Below are positions 7,839 through 17,463 of a stretch of DNA of 64,000 nt, one piece after another (the stretch's first letter is position 1; each line of letters starts with the position of its first letter). The notes under the pieces are model-generated. The model did not search any database and had not been told where the DNA came from. It saw nothing but the letters and a program-made list of their open reading frames with translations. Where the stretch lies: contig JBKEEO010000002.1 in NCBI GenBank assembly GCA_047777415.1, forward strand, positions 672,420 through 736,419. Direction: 5' to 3'. The position numbers were made by a program, and so were the translations under genes. This stretch comes from Oscillospiraceae bacterium. GTDB taxonomy: Bacteria > Bacillota > Clostridia > Oscillospirales > Acutalibacteraceae.

Positions 7839-9218
7839 GGCTCTATGTCAATAGTTGGGGTAACCCAAAATGGAAACACCGGATGGAGCGGCGTTAAGCT
7901 GCTCCATTTTTCGTTGAATGATGGAACATGTGAAGAATACGATTGCGGAAGCGACGAAAATTACGATAACCGTAGGCATTGCGTTTGAGTACCTTAATCT
8001 TGTTGTTAACCCCTTCGGTAAAACCATTGGTGTAAGGACAATCAAACGAATTTAGAATACCTTTTGACCAGCGAACCATAGTATTTCCACAAGCAACAAA
8101 TTTCAAAAGGCCACTGTTTTGTGCGGCCATAATCCAATGGGATAGCGCTGTCCGTGCAGACACGCTGTCAGAAGATTCAAGGACTTTGAAAAACTGTTCT
8201 TTCAGAGAGTAGGCTGTCAGCAGACGGTTACTGGCATAGAGCATAAGATCGACCTGTTGCTTTTGCTCAGGAGTGAGAAATTGATATCGCTTGTTCAGCA
8301 AGATTCGGGAGCGTTTAAAATGAATTCTTCGGGTTTTGCTGAATTTTTTCTGTTCTTCCTTGCGAACGGCTTCAAAGGCCCAAAATACTTGGCGAATGTA
8401 ATGATATTTGTCAATGACATAATTGGAATTTTTAAAATATGTTTGGGCAATACCGGCATATGTACTCCACATATCGCTGACGAAATGCTTCGTTTTAGAA
8501 CGGTCAAGCTGGCCGAAATATTCTGTCAGTTTGTGGTTGTATCGAGCAGGAAGAATATCAAGAATTCGGTGACGGACCGGATCGGTCAGAATGCACTGAT
8601 ATTTCTCGCCGCTTGTATTGCCTTTAAACTCATCAATCGATACAACTTCAGGTAATTGCTGCGGTTTTCCATAATGGATACAATCGAAAAGACGGATAAT
8701 AGTTGAAACAGATAGATTCACCTCACATGCTACACTGGTAAAAGAACGCACGTCGGAAAGCTTTGAAATGATATATACGGCTAAACGGTTTGTCATGCGG
8801 TGATATCTAGGCAAAAACGAATTATCCTCAAAGAAACGCTTTCCACAAGAATGGCAGCGATATCGGCGCTTTCGTAGAATCAGGGAGGTATGTTTGCCAA
8901 AAGCGGGAATGTCTTTCACGGTTTGACAACGGTAATCATGAACGTAGCTGGTTTGATGGCCACAACAGGGGCAAACATGCGGCTTTCTCGGTAACTCAAT
9001 AAAAATTTCCGTTTTATCAGGCAATTGCCTCACATTTTTTACGATTACCCCTTTTAATCCAAGCAATTTTTCGATAGAATGAGTACAGAGCATATCGATG
9101 ACCTCCCAAATGGTGGTGTGGTAATCTCCATTTTAAAGTTTTTTCATCGAATATGCTCTACTTTTTTGCTCTTTTTTCGCAGGCCTATTCGTCACACCCC
9201 AACATTTATTATAGAGCC
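7839..9218 (-). mobile_element. ISL3-family element copy 1, 1380 bp
   Basis: Ends GGCTCTA...GTTGGGGT in inverted orientation; 8 bp TSD TTTTTGCA (7831-7838, 9219-9226). Confidence 0.95.
7894..9093 (-). CDS. ISL3-family transposase (intact ORF)
   Basis: CPCCG/CHSCG zinc finger, SIDEFKG, SDMW, IDKYHY, TNGFTEGVNNKIKVLKRNAYG. Confidence 0.95.
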   Translation of the reverse strand: MLCTHSIEKLLGLKGVIVKNVRQLPDKTEIFIELPRKPHVCPCCGHQTSYVHDYRCQTVKDIPAFGKHTSLILRKRRYRCHSCGKRFFEDNSFLPRYHRMTNRLAVYIISKLSDVRSFTSVACEVNLSVSTIIRLFDCIHYGKPQQLPEVVSIDEFKGNTSGEKYQCILTDPVRHRILDILPARYNHKLTEYFGQLDRSKTKHFVSDMWSTYAGIAQTYFKNSNYVIDKYHYIRQVFWAFEAVRKEEQKKFSKTRRIHFKRSRILLNKRYQFLTPEQKQQVDLMLYASNRLLTAYSLKEQFFKVLESSDSVSARTALSHWIMAAQNSGLLKFVACGNTMVRWSKGILNSFDCPYTNGFTEGVNNKIKVLKRNAYGYRNFRRFRNRILHMFHHSTKNGAA

Positions 9219-9989
9219 TTTTTGCAGAAAGCAAAAAAGTGATATGATATCCAGACAAAAGTGGAAGGATGACCATCCCTCCACTTCCACATTGCCAGCT
9301 TTTTGAGATTCATGGCAGCAAACTTAAGCTTAACCCAATTTGTCACTTGAGTTAAGCCCCGGTAGAGCGTGTATCGCATTCCATACTTTTCTTTTGCATC
9401 AGCAAATACACGTTCAATAGTTTCTTTTCGCTTTTGATAGAGCTTTTTGTATTTTGGAGTATGCCGAATGTCCTCCGCTAGTTCTACATAATTTTGCCAC
9501 ACATGCCTTGTCACAGTTTTCGTATAGCTTTTGCTGTTTGTGCAGCGGGAACGGGACGGACATTTTTTGCAAATATAACTTCTACTTTTGTATTCTCAGT
9601 ATCCTTCACAATTGGTTGTGGCATAGTGCAAAACTTGATATTAAGAGCACAGTACATAGTCATAATATTCGTCATATACATATTTCCACCATTGAAGATG
9701 GCCAGCTTTGGTCATCGGTCTTTTGTATGCTGTAGATAGTACTCGCTTGTCATCAAAGACCCGTTTGCAGATATGCGGTGTTTTGTAGGCAGCGTCCGCC
9801 ACCACCGTCTCAATTTCAGGAAACTGTCTTGTCACTTTGTCATAGACTGCATCGAATGCCACACTGTCGTGCACATTTCCGGGAGTCACCTCAACTCCTA
9901 GAACAAAATTGTGATAGGGCCTGCGGCACCAATAGGTCTATATTGACAAATTCTACTGCATTCCTGTGCATTTTTCCTCGTTCCAGCAT
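9219..9989 (-). pseudogene. IS1182-family transposase pseudogene
   Basis: MLERGKMHRNAVEFVNIDLLVPQ fused by deletion to HNFVLGVEVTPGNVHDS; DAAYKT; in-frame stops; RKETIERVFADAK. Confidence 0.87.
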
Positions 9990-10026
9990 CTTTCATCACC
10001 CATTTCTATTTTACCATCTTACAATC

Positions 10027-10054
10027 AAAAAGCCCAGCTTTCGCTGGACTTTTT
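10027..10054 (-). terminator. IS-borne terminator facing incoming uvrA transcription
   Basis: Minus strand AAAAAGTCCAGC-GAAA-GCTGGGCTTTTT (one G-U pair) ending in a U run. Confidence 0.65.
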
Positions 10055-10064
10055 CGACAGGCTG

Positions 10065-10091
10065 AGACGGAATCCTTTTTTGATTCCATCT
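10065..10091. repeat. Right copy of the 27 bp target-site duplication
   Basis: AGACGGAATCCTTTTTTGATTCCATCT, 26/27 identical to 4574-4600. Confidence 0.9.
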
Positions 10092-10167
10092 TTTTTATGA
10101 TACTTTTGCACTCTGAGCAAATGTTAGCTAAATTTCCAAACACACACGATAAGTGTTGCTTTATTCA

Positions 10168-13011
10168 TTACGACTCTGCGGAATGTTCTTCTGACAGCAT
10201 TTTTTTCAGATACTGTCCCGTATAAGACTCTGGAACCTTTGCAATCTCTTCTGGTGTTCCGGTTGCCACAACCTGCCCGCCGGCATCTCCGCCTTCCGGG
10301 CCAAGGTCAACAATGTAATCAGCCGTTTTAATGAGGTCAAGATTATGCTCAATCACAAGGACAGTATTTCCCCCATCCACCAATTTTTGCAGCACTTCAA
10401 TCAGTTTATGAACATCTGCAATATGCAAACCTGTGGTAGGCTCGTCCAAAATATAGATGGTACGCCCTGTTGAACGTTTTGCAAGCTCGGCCGCCAATTT
10501 GACACGCTGCGCTTCCCCGCCGGAAAGAGTTGTTGCGGGCTGACCTATTTTTATATATCCAAGGCCTACGTCCTGAAGCGTTTGTAATTTGCGGGCTATG
10601 TGCGGAATTTCTGAGAAAAATTGGAGACCTTCCTCTACGGTCATTTCAAGAACATCGTAAATACTTTTGCCTTTGTATTTGATTTCCAGTGTTTCTCTGT
10701 TATAGCGTTTTCCCTTGCACACATCGCAGGGAACATAAACGTCCGGCAGAAAATTCATTTCAATCTTGATAATGCCGTCGCCCTCGCACGCTTCGCATCT
10801 TCCGCCTTTTACATTGAAGGAGAAACGCCCCTGTGTATAACCGCGCAGCTTTGCATCCGGCGTAGAGGCAAACAATGCCCGAATATCGGTAAAGACGCCC
10901 GTATAGGTTGCCGGGTTAGAACGGGGTGTGCGTCCAATAGGAGATTGGTCAATCTGAATGACTTTATCCAACGCGTTAAGCCCAGTAATTTTCCGAAAAG
11001 CTCCCGGCCGTGATTTTGCACCGTTAAGTTCCGCCGCAAGATATTTATAAAGAATTTCATTAATCAGTGAGGATTTTCCCGATCCGGATACACCGGTAAC
11101 ACAGATAAATGTGCCAAGCGGAAAGGTTACGTTAATATTTTTTAAATTGTTTTGTGATGCTCCGATAATGGATAGCTTTTTCCCGTTTCCCTTGCGGCGA
11201 ACAGAGGGAATTTCCACTTTTCTGCGGCCGCTAAGGTAGTCACCGGTAATGGAATTTTTGCATTTTAAAAGATCTTGAACCTTGCCGCTGAAAACGATTT
11301 TTCCTCCATGCACACCGGCTCCGGGACCTATGTCCACAATGTGGTCGGCAGCCAACATAGTTTCCTCATCGTGTTCTACAACAATGACTGTGTTTCCAAT
11401 GTCCCTCAAATGTTTCAGAGTATCCAGTAGTTTGGCATTATCCCTCTGATGCAAACCAATACTCGGTTCGTCCAAAATATACAAAACACCGGTAAGGGAG
11501 GAACCAATTTGAGTTGCCAGCCTGATACGTTGACTCTCCCCGCCTGACAGTGTTCCCGCTGAGCGAGAGAGAGTCAGATACTCCAATCCTACATTTTTTA
11601 AGAAGCCAAGTCGACTGCGAATCTCACGCAAAATCAAACGGGCTATCATGTTTTCACGGTCTGTGAGTTTCAGATGATCAAAAAAATTAAGCGCTTCTGT
11701 GATAGATTTATCGCACAGATCTGCAATATTAATACCGCCAACCGTAACAGACAGACTCGCGGGAGACAGTCTTTTGCCGTGGCAAGCATCGCAGGGAATT
11801 GCACTCATATAGGACTGAATCTCTTCCTTAATCCAGTTGCTCTGTGTATCCCTGTAGCGACGTTCCAAATTGTTGATGATGCCTTCAAACGTTGTTTGAT
11901 AAACACTGTGCGCAAATTCTGTGCTGCGTTCTACTGTTATTTTTTCACCGTTTGTACCATACAGCAAAATATCTATAATCTTTTTGGGCAACTTTTTAAT
12001 CGGTGTATCAAGCGAAAAATGATAGTGCTTCGCAAGTGCACGGAAATACATTGACGCAATGGAGTTGCCTTCCATTGCCCATCCGCTCGCCTTGATCCCG
12101 CCTTGATTGATGGAAAGGGATTTATCCGGAATAATGCGGTCGGGGTCAATTTTCATAAAAACACCGAGTCCAGCGCATTTTGGACAAGCACCAAATGGAC
12201 TGTTGAAAGAAAACATTCTTGGCGCAAGTTCTTCCATGCTGACACCGTGCTCCGGGCAGGCGTAGTTCTGCGAAAACACATGATCCTCTCCGTCGACAAC
12301 GCTGATAACAGTCAATCCTCCTGCAAGACTGGAGGCAGTTTCTATCGAATCTGCCAAACGAGAACGGACGCTTTGGTGAATAACAAGCCGGTCAACTACA
12401 ACTTCAATGGTATGCTTCTTGTTCTTTTCCAACTTGATTGTCTCGGATAAATCATAAATCATACCGTCCACACGGACACGAACATAACCGCTTTTGCGTG
12501 CAGCCTCCAGCGTTTTAAGATGTTCGCCTTTTCGTTCACGCACAACCGGTGCAAGGACAAGAATTTTAGAATTCTCCGGCAAACTTAGCACCTGGTCGAC
12601 AATCTGGTCCACTGTCTGCTGCCGGATTTCTCTGCCACAGACCGGGCAGTGCGGGATTCCGATTCTGGCATACAAAAGCCTCAGATAGTCATAGATTTCC
12701 GTTACAGTTCCCACCGTAGAACGCGGATTTTTTGAGGTTGTCTTTTGGTCAATGGATATGGACGGAGAAAGGCCATCAATAGAATCAACATCCGGCTTAT
12801 TTGCCTGTCCGAGGAACTGACGTGCATAGGCTGACAGCGACTCCACATATCTTCGCTGACCTTCAGCATAGATTGTGTCAAACGCAAGCGAGGACTTTCC
12901 GGAACCGGAAAGTCCAGTAAAGACAATCAGCTTGTCACGCGGAATTTTTAAATCGATGTTTTTTAAATTGTGCTCTCTTGCACCTTTGATCAATATATTT
13001 TTTGCTGGCAT
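10168..13011 (-). CDS. uvrA: Excinuclease ABC subunit A
   Basis: GLSGSGKSS and GVSGSGKSS Walker A motifs, two LSGGE motifs, zinc fingers, 947 aa. Confidence 0.98.
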   Translation of the reverse strand: MPAKNILIKGAREHNLKNIDLKIPRDKLIVFTGLSGSGKSSLAFDTIYAEGQRRYVESLSAYARQFLGQANKPDVDSIDGLSPSISIDQKTTSKNPRSTVGTVTEIYDYLRLLYARIGIPHCPVCGREIRQQTVDQIVDQVLSLPENSKILVLAPVVRERKGEHLKTLEAARKSGYVRVRVDGMIYDLSETIKLEKNKKHTIEVVVDRLVIHQSVRSRLADSIETASSLAGGLTVISVVDGEDHVFSQNYACPEHGVSMEELAPRMFSFNSPFGACPKCAGLGVFMKIDPDRIIPDKSLSINQGGIKASGWAMEGNSIASMYFRALAKHYHFSLDTPIKKLPKKIIDILLYGTNGEKITVERSTEFAHSVYQTTFEGIINNLERRYRDTQSNWIKEEIQSYMSAIPCDACHGKRLSPASLSVTVGGINIADLCDKSITEALNFFDHLKLTDRENMIARLILREIRSRLGFLKNVGLEYLTLSRSAGTLSGGESQRIRLATQIGSSLTGVLYILDEPSIGLHQRDNAKLLDTLKHLRDIGNTVIVVEHDEETMLAADHIVDIGPGAGVHGGKIVFSGKVQDLLKCKNSITGDYLSGRRKVEIPSVRRKGNGKKLSIIGASQNNLKNINVTFPLGTFICVTGVSGSGKSSLINEILYKYLAAELNGAKSRPGAFRKITGLNALDKVIQIDQSPIGRTPRSNPATYTGVFTDIRALFASTPDAKLRGYTQGRFSFNVKGGRCEACEGDGIIKIEMNFLPDVYVPCDVCKGKRYNRETLEIKYKGKSIYDVLEMTVEEGLQFFSEIPHIARKLQTLQDVGLGYIKIGQPATTLSGGEAQRVKLAAELAKRSTGRTIYILDEPTTGLHIADVHKLIEVLQKLVDGGNTVLVIEHNLDLIKTADYIVDLGPEGGDAGGQVVATGTPEEIAKVPESYTGQYLKKMLSEEHSAES

Positions 13012-13028
13012 AATACCTCCTATTTACG

Positions 13029-14996
13029 CTATTTTCCGCTGCTGAGTTCTTTGATGCGGTCGCGCAGCCACGCGGCGTGTTCAAACTCCAACAACTTTGC
13101 AGCCGCTTTCATTTCTTTGGTTAATTGTTCTATCATTCGCTTTCTTTCGGAAGCCGTTAGGCGCCTTTTCTTTTTCACCGCCCCGGTTTCTTCCTCTTTA
13201 TGCGTACTAATTTCCAGAATTTCGGGAACATTCTTGATAATTGTTTTAGGCGTAATCCCATGTTCCTTGTTGTATTTCATCTGAATATCGCGCCTGCGCT
13301 GCGTTTCCCGAATAGCAGCTTCCATAGACGGTGTGACGGAATCCGCATACATAATTACTTGACCATTTGCATTTCGTGCTGCACGGCCAATAGTCTGAAT
13401 CAGCGACCGCTCACTGCGCAAGAAACCTTCTTTATCCGCGTCTAATATGGCTACCAATGATACTTCCGGAATATCAAGCCCTTCACGAAGCAAGTTGATG
13501 CCCACCAGAACATCAAATTCTCCAAGCCGAAGGTCGCGGATTATTTCCATCCGTTCAATGGTATCAATGTCATGGTGCATATACCGAACACGAATTCCCA
13601 TTGACTCCAGGTAGGCAGTTAAGTCCTCCGCCATTTTTTTGGTAAGCGTAGTGACTAGTACGCGTTCTTTCTTTTCGGTTCTCATGTTAATCTCGGAAAT
13701 GAGGTCATCAATCTGGCCGTCCGTCGGTTTTACGATGATTTCCGGATCAACCAATCCAGTTGGACGGATAACCTGTTCTACAATTTGAGCCGATTTTTCT
13801 TTTTCCAAATCGCCCGGTGTCGCACTGACAAAGATGACTTGATTTACATGACGGTAAAATTCGTCAAAATTTAATGGCCGGTTATCAAATGCTGATGGCA
13901 GGCGGAACCCAAAGTTTACCAGAGTTTCTTTTCTGGCTCTGTCACCCGCGTACATAGAACGCACCTGCGGCAGGGTTACATGGGATTCATCGACAAACAT
14001 CAGAAAATCCTTTGGAAAATAATCAAGCAGCGTAAACGGTGAACTGCCCGGTTTGCGGCCGGAAAGAATTCTGGAGTAATTCTCAATACCCTTGCAAAAG
14101 CCAATCTCTGACAACATCTCCATATCATAGCGAGTTCGTTCTTCAATCCGCTGTGCCTCTATGAGTTTGTTCTGACTTTTAAACAGGGCCACTTGTTCTT
14201 CCATTTCCCGATTGATTTCCTCAATGGCACGCTGCATTTTCTGTTTCGGTACAATATAGTGTGATGCAGGGTAGATTGCAATATGCTTCAGGTCTGATTT
14301 TACTTCCCCTGTTACGGGATTAATTTCTCGGATTCGGTCTATTTCATCGCCAAAAAATTCAACTCGTACAGCGGTATTGTTGGATTGCACCGGAAAAATC
14401 TCCACTACATCGCCGCGAACACGGAATTTGTTTCGGATAAAATTGACATCATTGCGCTCATACTGGATTTCAACCAGTTTTTTTAACAGCTCGTCCCTAT
14501 TCTTCTTCATTCCGGGACGCAAAGAAATGACCATGGTGCGGTAGTCAATCGGGTCTCCAAGGCTGTAAATGCACGAAACACTTGCGACAATAATCACATC
14601 GCGCCGCTCCGAAAGTGCGGAAGTGGCAGAGTGTCTCAGTTTATCAATTTCATCATTAATTGCGGAGTCTTTTTCAATGTAGGTATCCGTTGTGGGAATA
14701 TACGCTTCCGGCTGATAATAATCATAATAGCTTACAAAATATTCTACGGCATTTTCCGGAAAAAACTCACGAAATTCCGAGCAAAGCTGAGCGGCAAGCG
14801 TCTTGTTATGAGCCAAAACCAGCGTCGGCCGGTTCATTTGGGCTATCACGTTTGCCATAGTAAACGTCTTGCCGGAACCGGTCACACCAAGCAAAGTCTG
14901 TTCTTTATCTCCTCTTTTTAAGCCTTCCACCAACTGCTGAATCGCTTTTGGCTGATCCCCTGTCGGCTTATATTTTGAAACTAATTTAAAATCCAT
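13029..14996 (-). CDS. uvrB: Excinuclease ABC subunit B
   Basis: [31 protein letters not shown]-terminal UVR motif. Confidence 0.98.
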   Translation of the reverse strand: MDFKLVSKYKPTGDQPKAIQQLVEGLKRGDKEQTLLGVTGSGKTFTMANVIAQMNRPTLVLAHNKTLAAQLCSEFREFFPENAVEYFVSYYDYYQPEAYIPTTDTYIEKDSAINDEIDKLRHSATSALSERRDVIIVASVSCIYSLGDPIDYRTMVISLRPGMKKNRDELLKKLVEIQYERNDVNFIRNKFRVRGDVVEIFPVQSNNTAVRVEFFGDEIDRIREINPVTGEVKSDLKHIAIYPASHYIVPKQKMQRAIEEINREMEEQVALFKSQNKLIEAQRIEERTRYDMEMLSEIGFCKGIENYSRILSGRKPGSSPFTLLDYFPKDFLMFVDESHVTLPQVRSMYAGDRARKETLVNFGFRLPSAFDNRPLNFDEFYRHVNQVIFVSATPGDLEKEKSAQIVEQVIRPTGLVDPEIIVKPTDGQIDDLISEINMRTEKKERVLVTTLTKKMAEDLTAYLESMGIRVRYMHHDIDTIERMEIIRDLRLGEFDVLVGINLLREGLDIPEVSLVAILDADKEGFLRSERSLIQTIGRAARNANGQVIMYADSVTPSMEAAIRETQRRRDIQMKYNKEHGITPKTIIKNVPEILEISTHKEEETGAVKKKRRLTASERKRMIEQLTKEMKAAAKLLEFEHAAWLRDRIKELSSGK

Positions 14997-14999
14997 ATC

Positions 15000-15743
15000 T
15001 TACTCCAGTTCAGGATTAAACAACTCTGGCATTAATTTGCTTTTTGCAATGGAAAGATAATCATTTCCGCTGACGATAATATGATCAATCAGCCGAACTT
15101 CCACTGTATCCAGTGCTTCATAAACCCAGCGGGTTGTACTGAGATCCTGCTTAGAAGGAAGACAGTTTCCGCTTGGATGATTATGGGATAAAATTGCATA
15201 GGATGCATTGTACTGCACAGAAAGTCTTACGATTTTTTTAATATAAATATTCGCTGAATTAACGGATCCCTCATCCACAACATCACAATACAAAATGCGA
15301 GTTTGGCTGTCAAGCAGCATCAGTATAACAACTTCGTTCTGCCGCCCGATAAATTTATGAATTAATTGCTTTCCTGCTTCCTCGTAACTGTAAATCACTG
15401 TTTTATCCCGGTCGAGATCCTCTTCGTACCGGCGGCAAAGTTGTGGAATCAGCTTAATCAGTGTCGCAGCTGATTTGCCGATTCCATCTACTTCTAAGAG
15501 TTCTTCAAAAGGAGCATCGAAAGTTCCGGAAAGGGAGCCGAATTTCTGTATCAGCCTATGCGCAATGGGATTGGTATCTTTGAGTGGGATTGCGTAATAT
15601 AAAAGAAGTTCCAAAACAGAATGAGATTGAAAAGAGTCAAGCCCAGACTTAAGAAACTGATTTTTCACTCGTTCCCGATGTCCGCTGTGCAAAGATTTTG
15701 TTTTGAGCGGTTTTTCTTTTTTTGTAATGGTGTCCTGTTTCAA
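15000..15743 (-). CDS. radC: RadC family JAB-domain protein
   Basis: GHRERV, LELLLYYAIP, HhH motif, HNHPSG..PSKQD, DHII; TTG start at 15743 behind AAGGGAG. Confidence 0.88.
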   Translation of the reverse strand: MKQDTITKKEKPLKTKSLHSGHRERVKNQFLKSGLDSFQSHSVLELLLYYAIPLKDTNPIAHRLIQKFGSLSGTFDAPFEELLEVDGIGKSAATLIKLIPQLCRRYEEDLDRDKTVIYSYEEAGKQLIHKFIGRQNEVVILMLLDSQTRILYCDVVDEGSVNSANIYIKKIVRLSVQYNASYAILSHNHPSGNCLPSKQDLSTTRWVYEALDTVEVRLIDHIIVSGNDYLSIAKSKLMPELFNPELE

Positions 15744-15766
15744 AATAGCCGCTCCCTTTATCGAAA

Positions 15767-16345
15767 TCAGCTCTTTCTGCTTCCAGGTTTTTCCGGAGCA
15801 GGGGCCCCTGCTTTGCACAGGGGGCAGTCCTGCGGTTCCCATGACTCTACTTCCATAGACACAACCGCCTGATACGGTACCCCAAAATCGATTTTTCCGC
15901 CCGTTCTGTCCACAATGGAACCAACGCCAACAACAATTCCGCCGCTCTGCTTGACAAGTTCAATTACTTCACGTACAGAACCACCGGTTGTAACAACGTC
16001 CTCAACCACCAAAACACGCTGCCCCGGTTTGACGGCGAAACCTCTGCGCAAAGCCATTTTTCCATCTTGGCCGCGTTCGGTAAAAAAGTTTTCACATTCA
16101 AGCGCCCGACTGACTTCATACGCCATCTGTACAGCGCCCATTGCAGGACCAATGACAATTTCGATATTGTCATTTTGATACTTTTCCGCAAGTGCTGCGC
16201 AGAGTTCTTCGCTGTATTTTGTATTGCGAAAAATTTTCGCACATTGCAGGTAGCGATTACTATGCCGTCCAGAAGTCAAAAGAAAATGGCCTTCCAACAG
16301 CACACCAGCGTCTTTAAATATTTCAAAAGCCCGTTCCTGTGTCAT
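15767..16345 (-). CDS. pyrE: Orotate phosphoribosyltransferase
   Basis: GHFLLTSGRHS, VVEDVVTTGGS PRPP motif, KPGSR. Confidence 0.93.
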   Translation of the reverse strand: MTQERAFEIFKDAGVLLEGHFLLTSGRHSNRYLQCAKIFRNTKYSEELCAALAEKYQNDNIEIVIGPAMGAVQMAYEVSRALECENFFTERGQDGKMALRRGFAVKPGQRVLVVEDVVTTGGSVREVIELVKQSGGIVVGVGSIVDRTGGKIDFGVPYQAVVSMEVESWEPQDCPLCKAGAPAPEKPGSRKS

Positions 16346-16421
16346 TCATGAAATCTCCTTTGTCCCTACTATTTTCCCTATTATATACTAAATTATTTTT
16401 TTTGAAAAGCCTTTCAATATT

Positions 16422-16450
16422 TTCGATGTTTCTAAAATTTATGCTATAAT
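16422..16450 (+). promoter_or_regulatory. sigmaA-type promoter
   Basis: TTCGAT-17 bp-TATAAT with TGn. Confidence 0.5.
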
Positions 16451-16490
16451 AAACTACAATAAAGCAAACCATTGCAGGGGTATCAAGTAT

Positions 16491-17450
16491 ATGAAAAAAG
16501 TGATTATCGGTGCAAACGATGCAGGGCAGCGACTGGATAAGTTCTTGACAAAATCTTACCCAAATCTACCGCAGTCAATGCTATATAAAAGTATTCGGAA
16601 GAAAAATATCAAACTGAATGGCAAACGCTGTACCAATTCAACCCGACTGGCAGAAAATGACGTCTTAACCATGTATTTAAAAGACGAATTTTTTCAGACG
16701 AAACCGAAACAATATGATTTTTTGAAAGCACCAAACAGGCTGAACATTGCGTATGAGGATGAAAATTTGCTGGTGCTGGACAAGCAGCCCGGCTTAATCG
16801 TTCATCCGGATGAAACTTATCATTTTGATTCCTTAATTGCGCGCGTTCAGCATTATTTGTTTGAGAAAGGAGAATATCGGCCCGACGAAGAAAATTCTTT
16901 TGCTCCGGCTTTAATCAACCGCATCGACCGCAATACAGGAGGTCTTGTTCTGGCGGCAAAAAACGCAGAAACACTACGGATTATGAATGAGAAAGTAAAA
17001 CAACGGGAATTGCAGAAATTATATCTTTGCGTTGTCTGCGGTAAACTTCAAAAAAAAGAAGCCACGCTGGAAGGATTTTTGCAAAAAAACGAGAAACAGA
17101 ATCGTGTTTATATTTCCCAAAAGCCCATGCGTGATGCCAGAACAATCCGAACCCGTTACCGAGTTTTGGCTGAACGAAAAGCATTCAGCTTGCTGGAAGT
17201 GGAACTGTTGACCGGACGCACACATCAAATCAGGGCACATCTTGCTTCCATCGGCCATCCGCTTGCCGGTGACGGCAAATATGGAACCAATGCCATGAAC
17301 AAGGTTTCGGGTTTTCCCTATCAAGCACTATATTCCTATCGTTTAAAGTTCCGTTTTACAACGGACGCCGGGATTCTCGAATATCTAAACGGCAAGGAAA
17401 TAGAGGCAAAAAATATTTGGTTTTTAGATGAGTTTTATCGCTTTCCATAA
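16491..17450 (+). CDS. RluA-family pseudouridine synthase with S4 domain (RluC/RluD-like)
   Basis: QRLDKFL, DKQPGLIVH, NRIDRNTGGL catalytic Asp, TGRTHQIRAH, GDGKYG. Confidence 0.92.
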   Translation: MKKVIIGANDAGQRLDKFLTKSYPNLPQSMLYKSIRKKNIKLNGKRCTNSTRLAENDVLTMYLKDEFFQTKPKQYDFLKAPNRLNIAYEDENLLVLDKQPGLIVHPDETYHFDSLIARVQHYLFEKGEYRPDEENSFAPALINRIDRNTGGLVLAAKNAETLRIMNEKVKQRELQKLYLCVVCGKLQKKEATLEGFLQKNEKQNRVYISQKPMRDARTIRTRYRVLAERKAFSLLEVELLTGRTHQIRAHLASIGHPLAGDGKYGTNAMNKVSGFPYQALYSYRLKFRFTTDAGILEYLNGKEIEAKNIWFLDEFYRFP

Positions 17451-17463
17451 TAGAATTGAGAAA

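Larger units (their letters stand above)
4601..10064 (-). mobile_element. IS1182-type composite unit (outer end, cargo, degenerate IS1182) carrying nested IS3, IS256 and ISL3
   Basis: Ends CAGATTGTCGAATAAC (4601) and revcomp CAGCCTGTCGAAAAAG (10064) form an imperfect IR; both abut the 27 bp direct repeat. Confidence 0.8.
7784..10064 (-). mobile_element. IS1182-family element, internally deleted and interrupted by ISL3
   Basis: IR ends as above; transposase remnants; about 890 bp net of ISL3. Confidence 0.82.

Noticed and set aside
7788-8045. ORFs 7788-7988 and 7848-8045 (also 18637-18834)
   Set aside because: They span IS junctions or are alternate frames of the ISL3 transposase end.
16346-16400. 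PyrR attenuator before pyrE
   Set aside because: The leader is too short and has no PyrR-binding loop or terminator.
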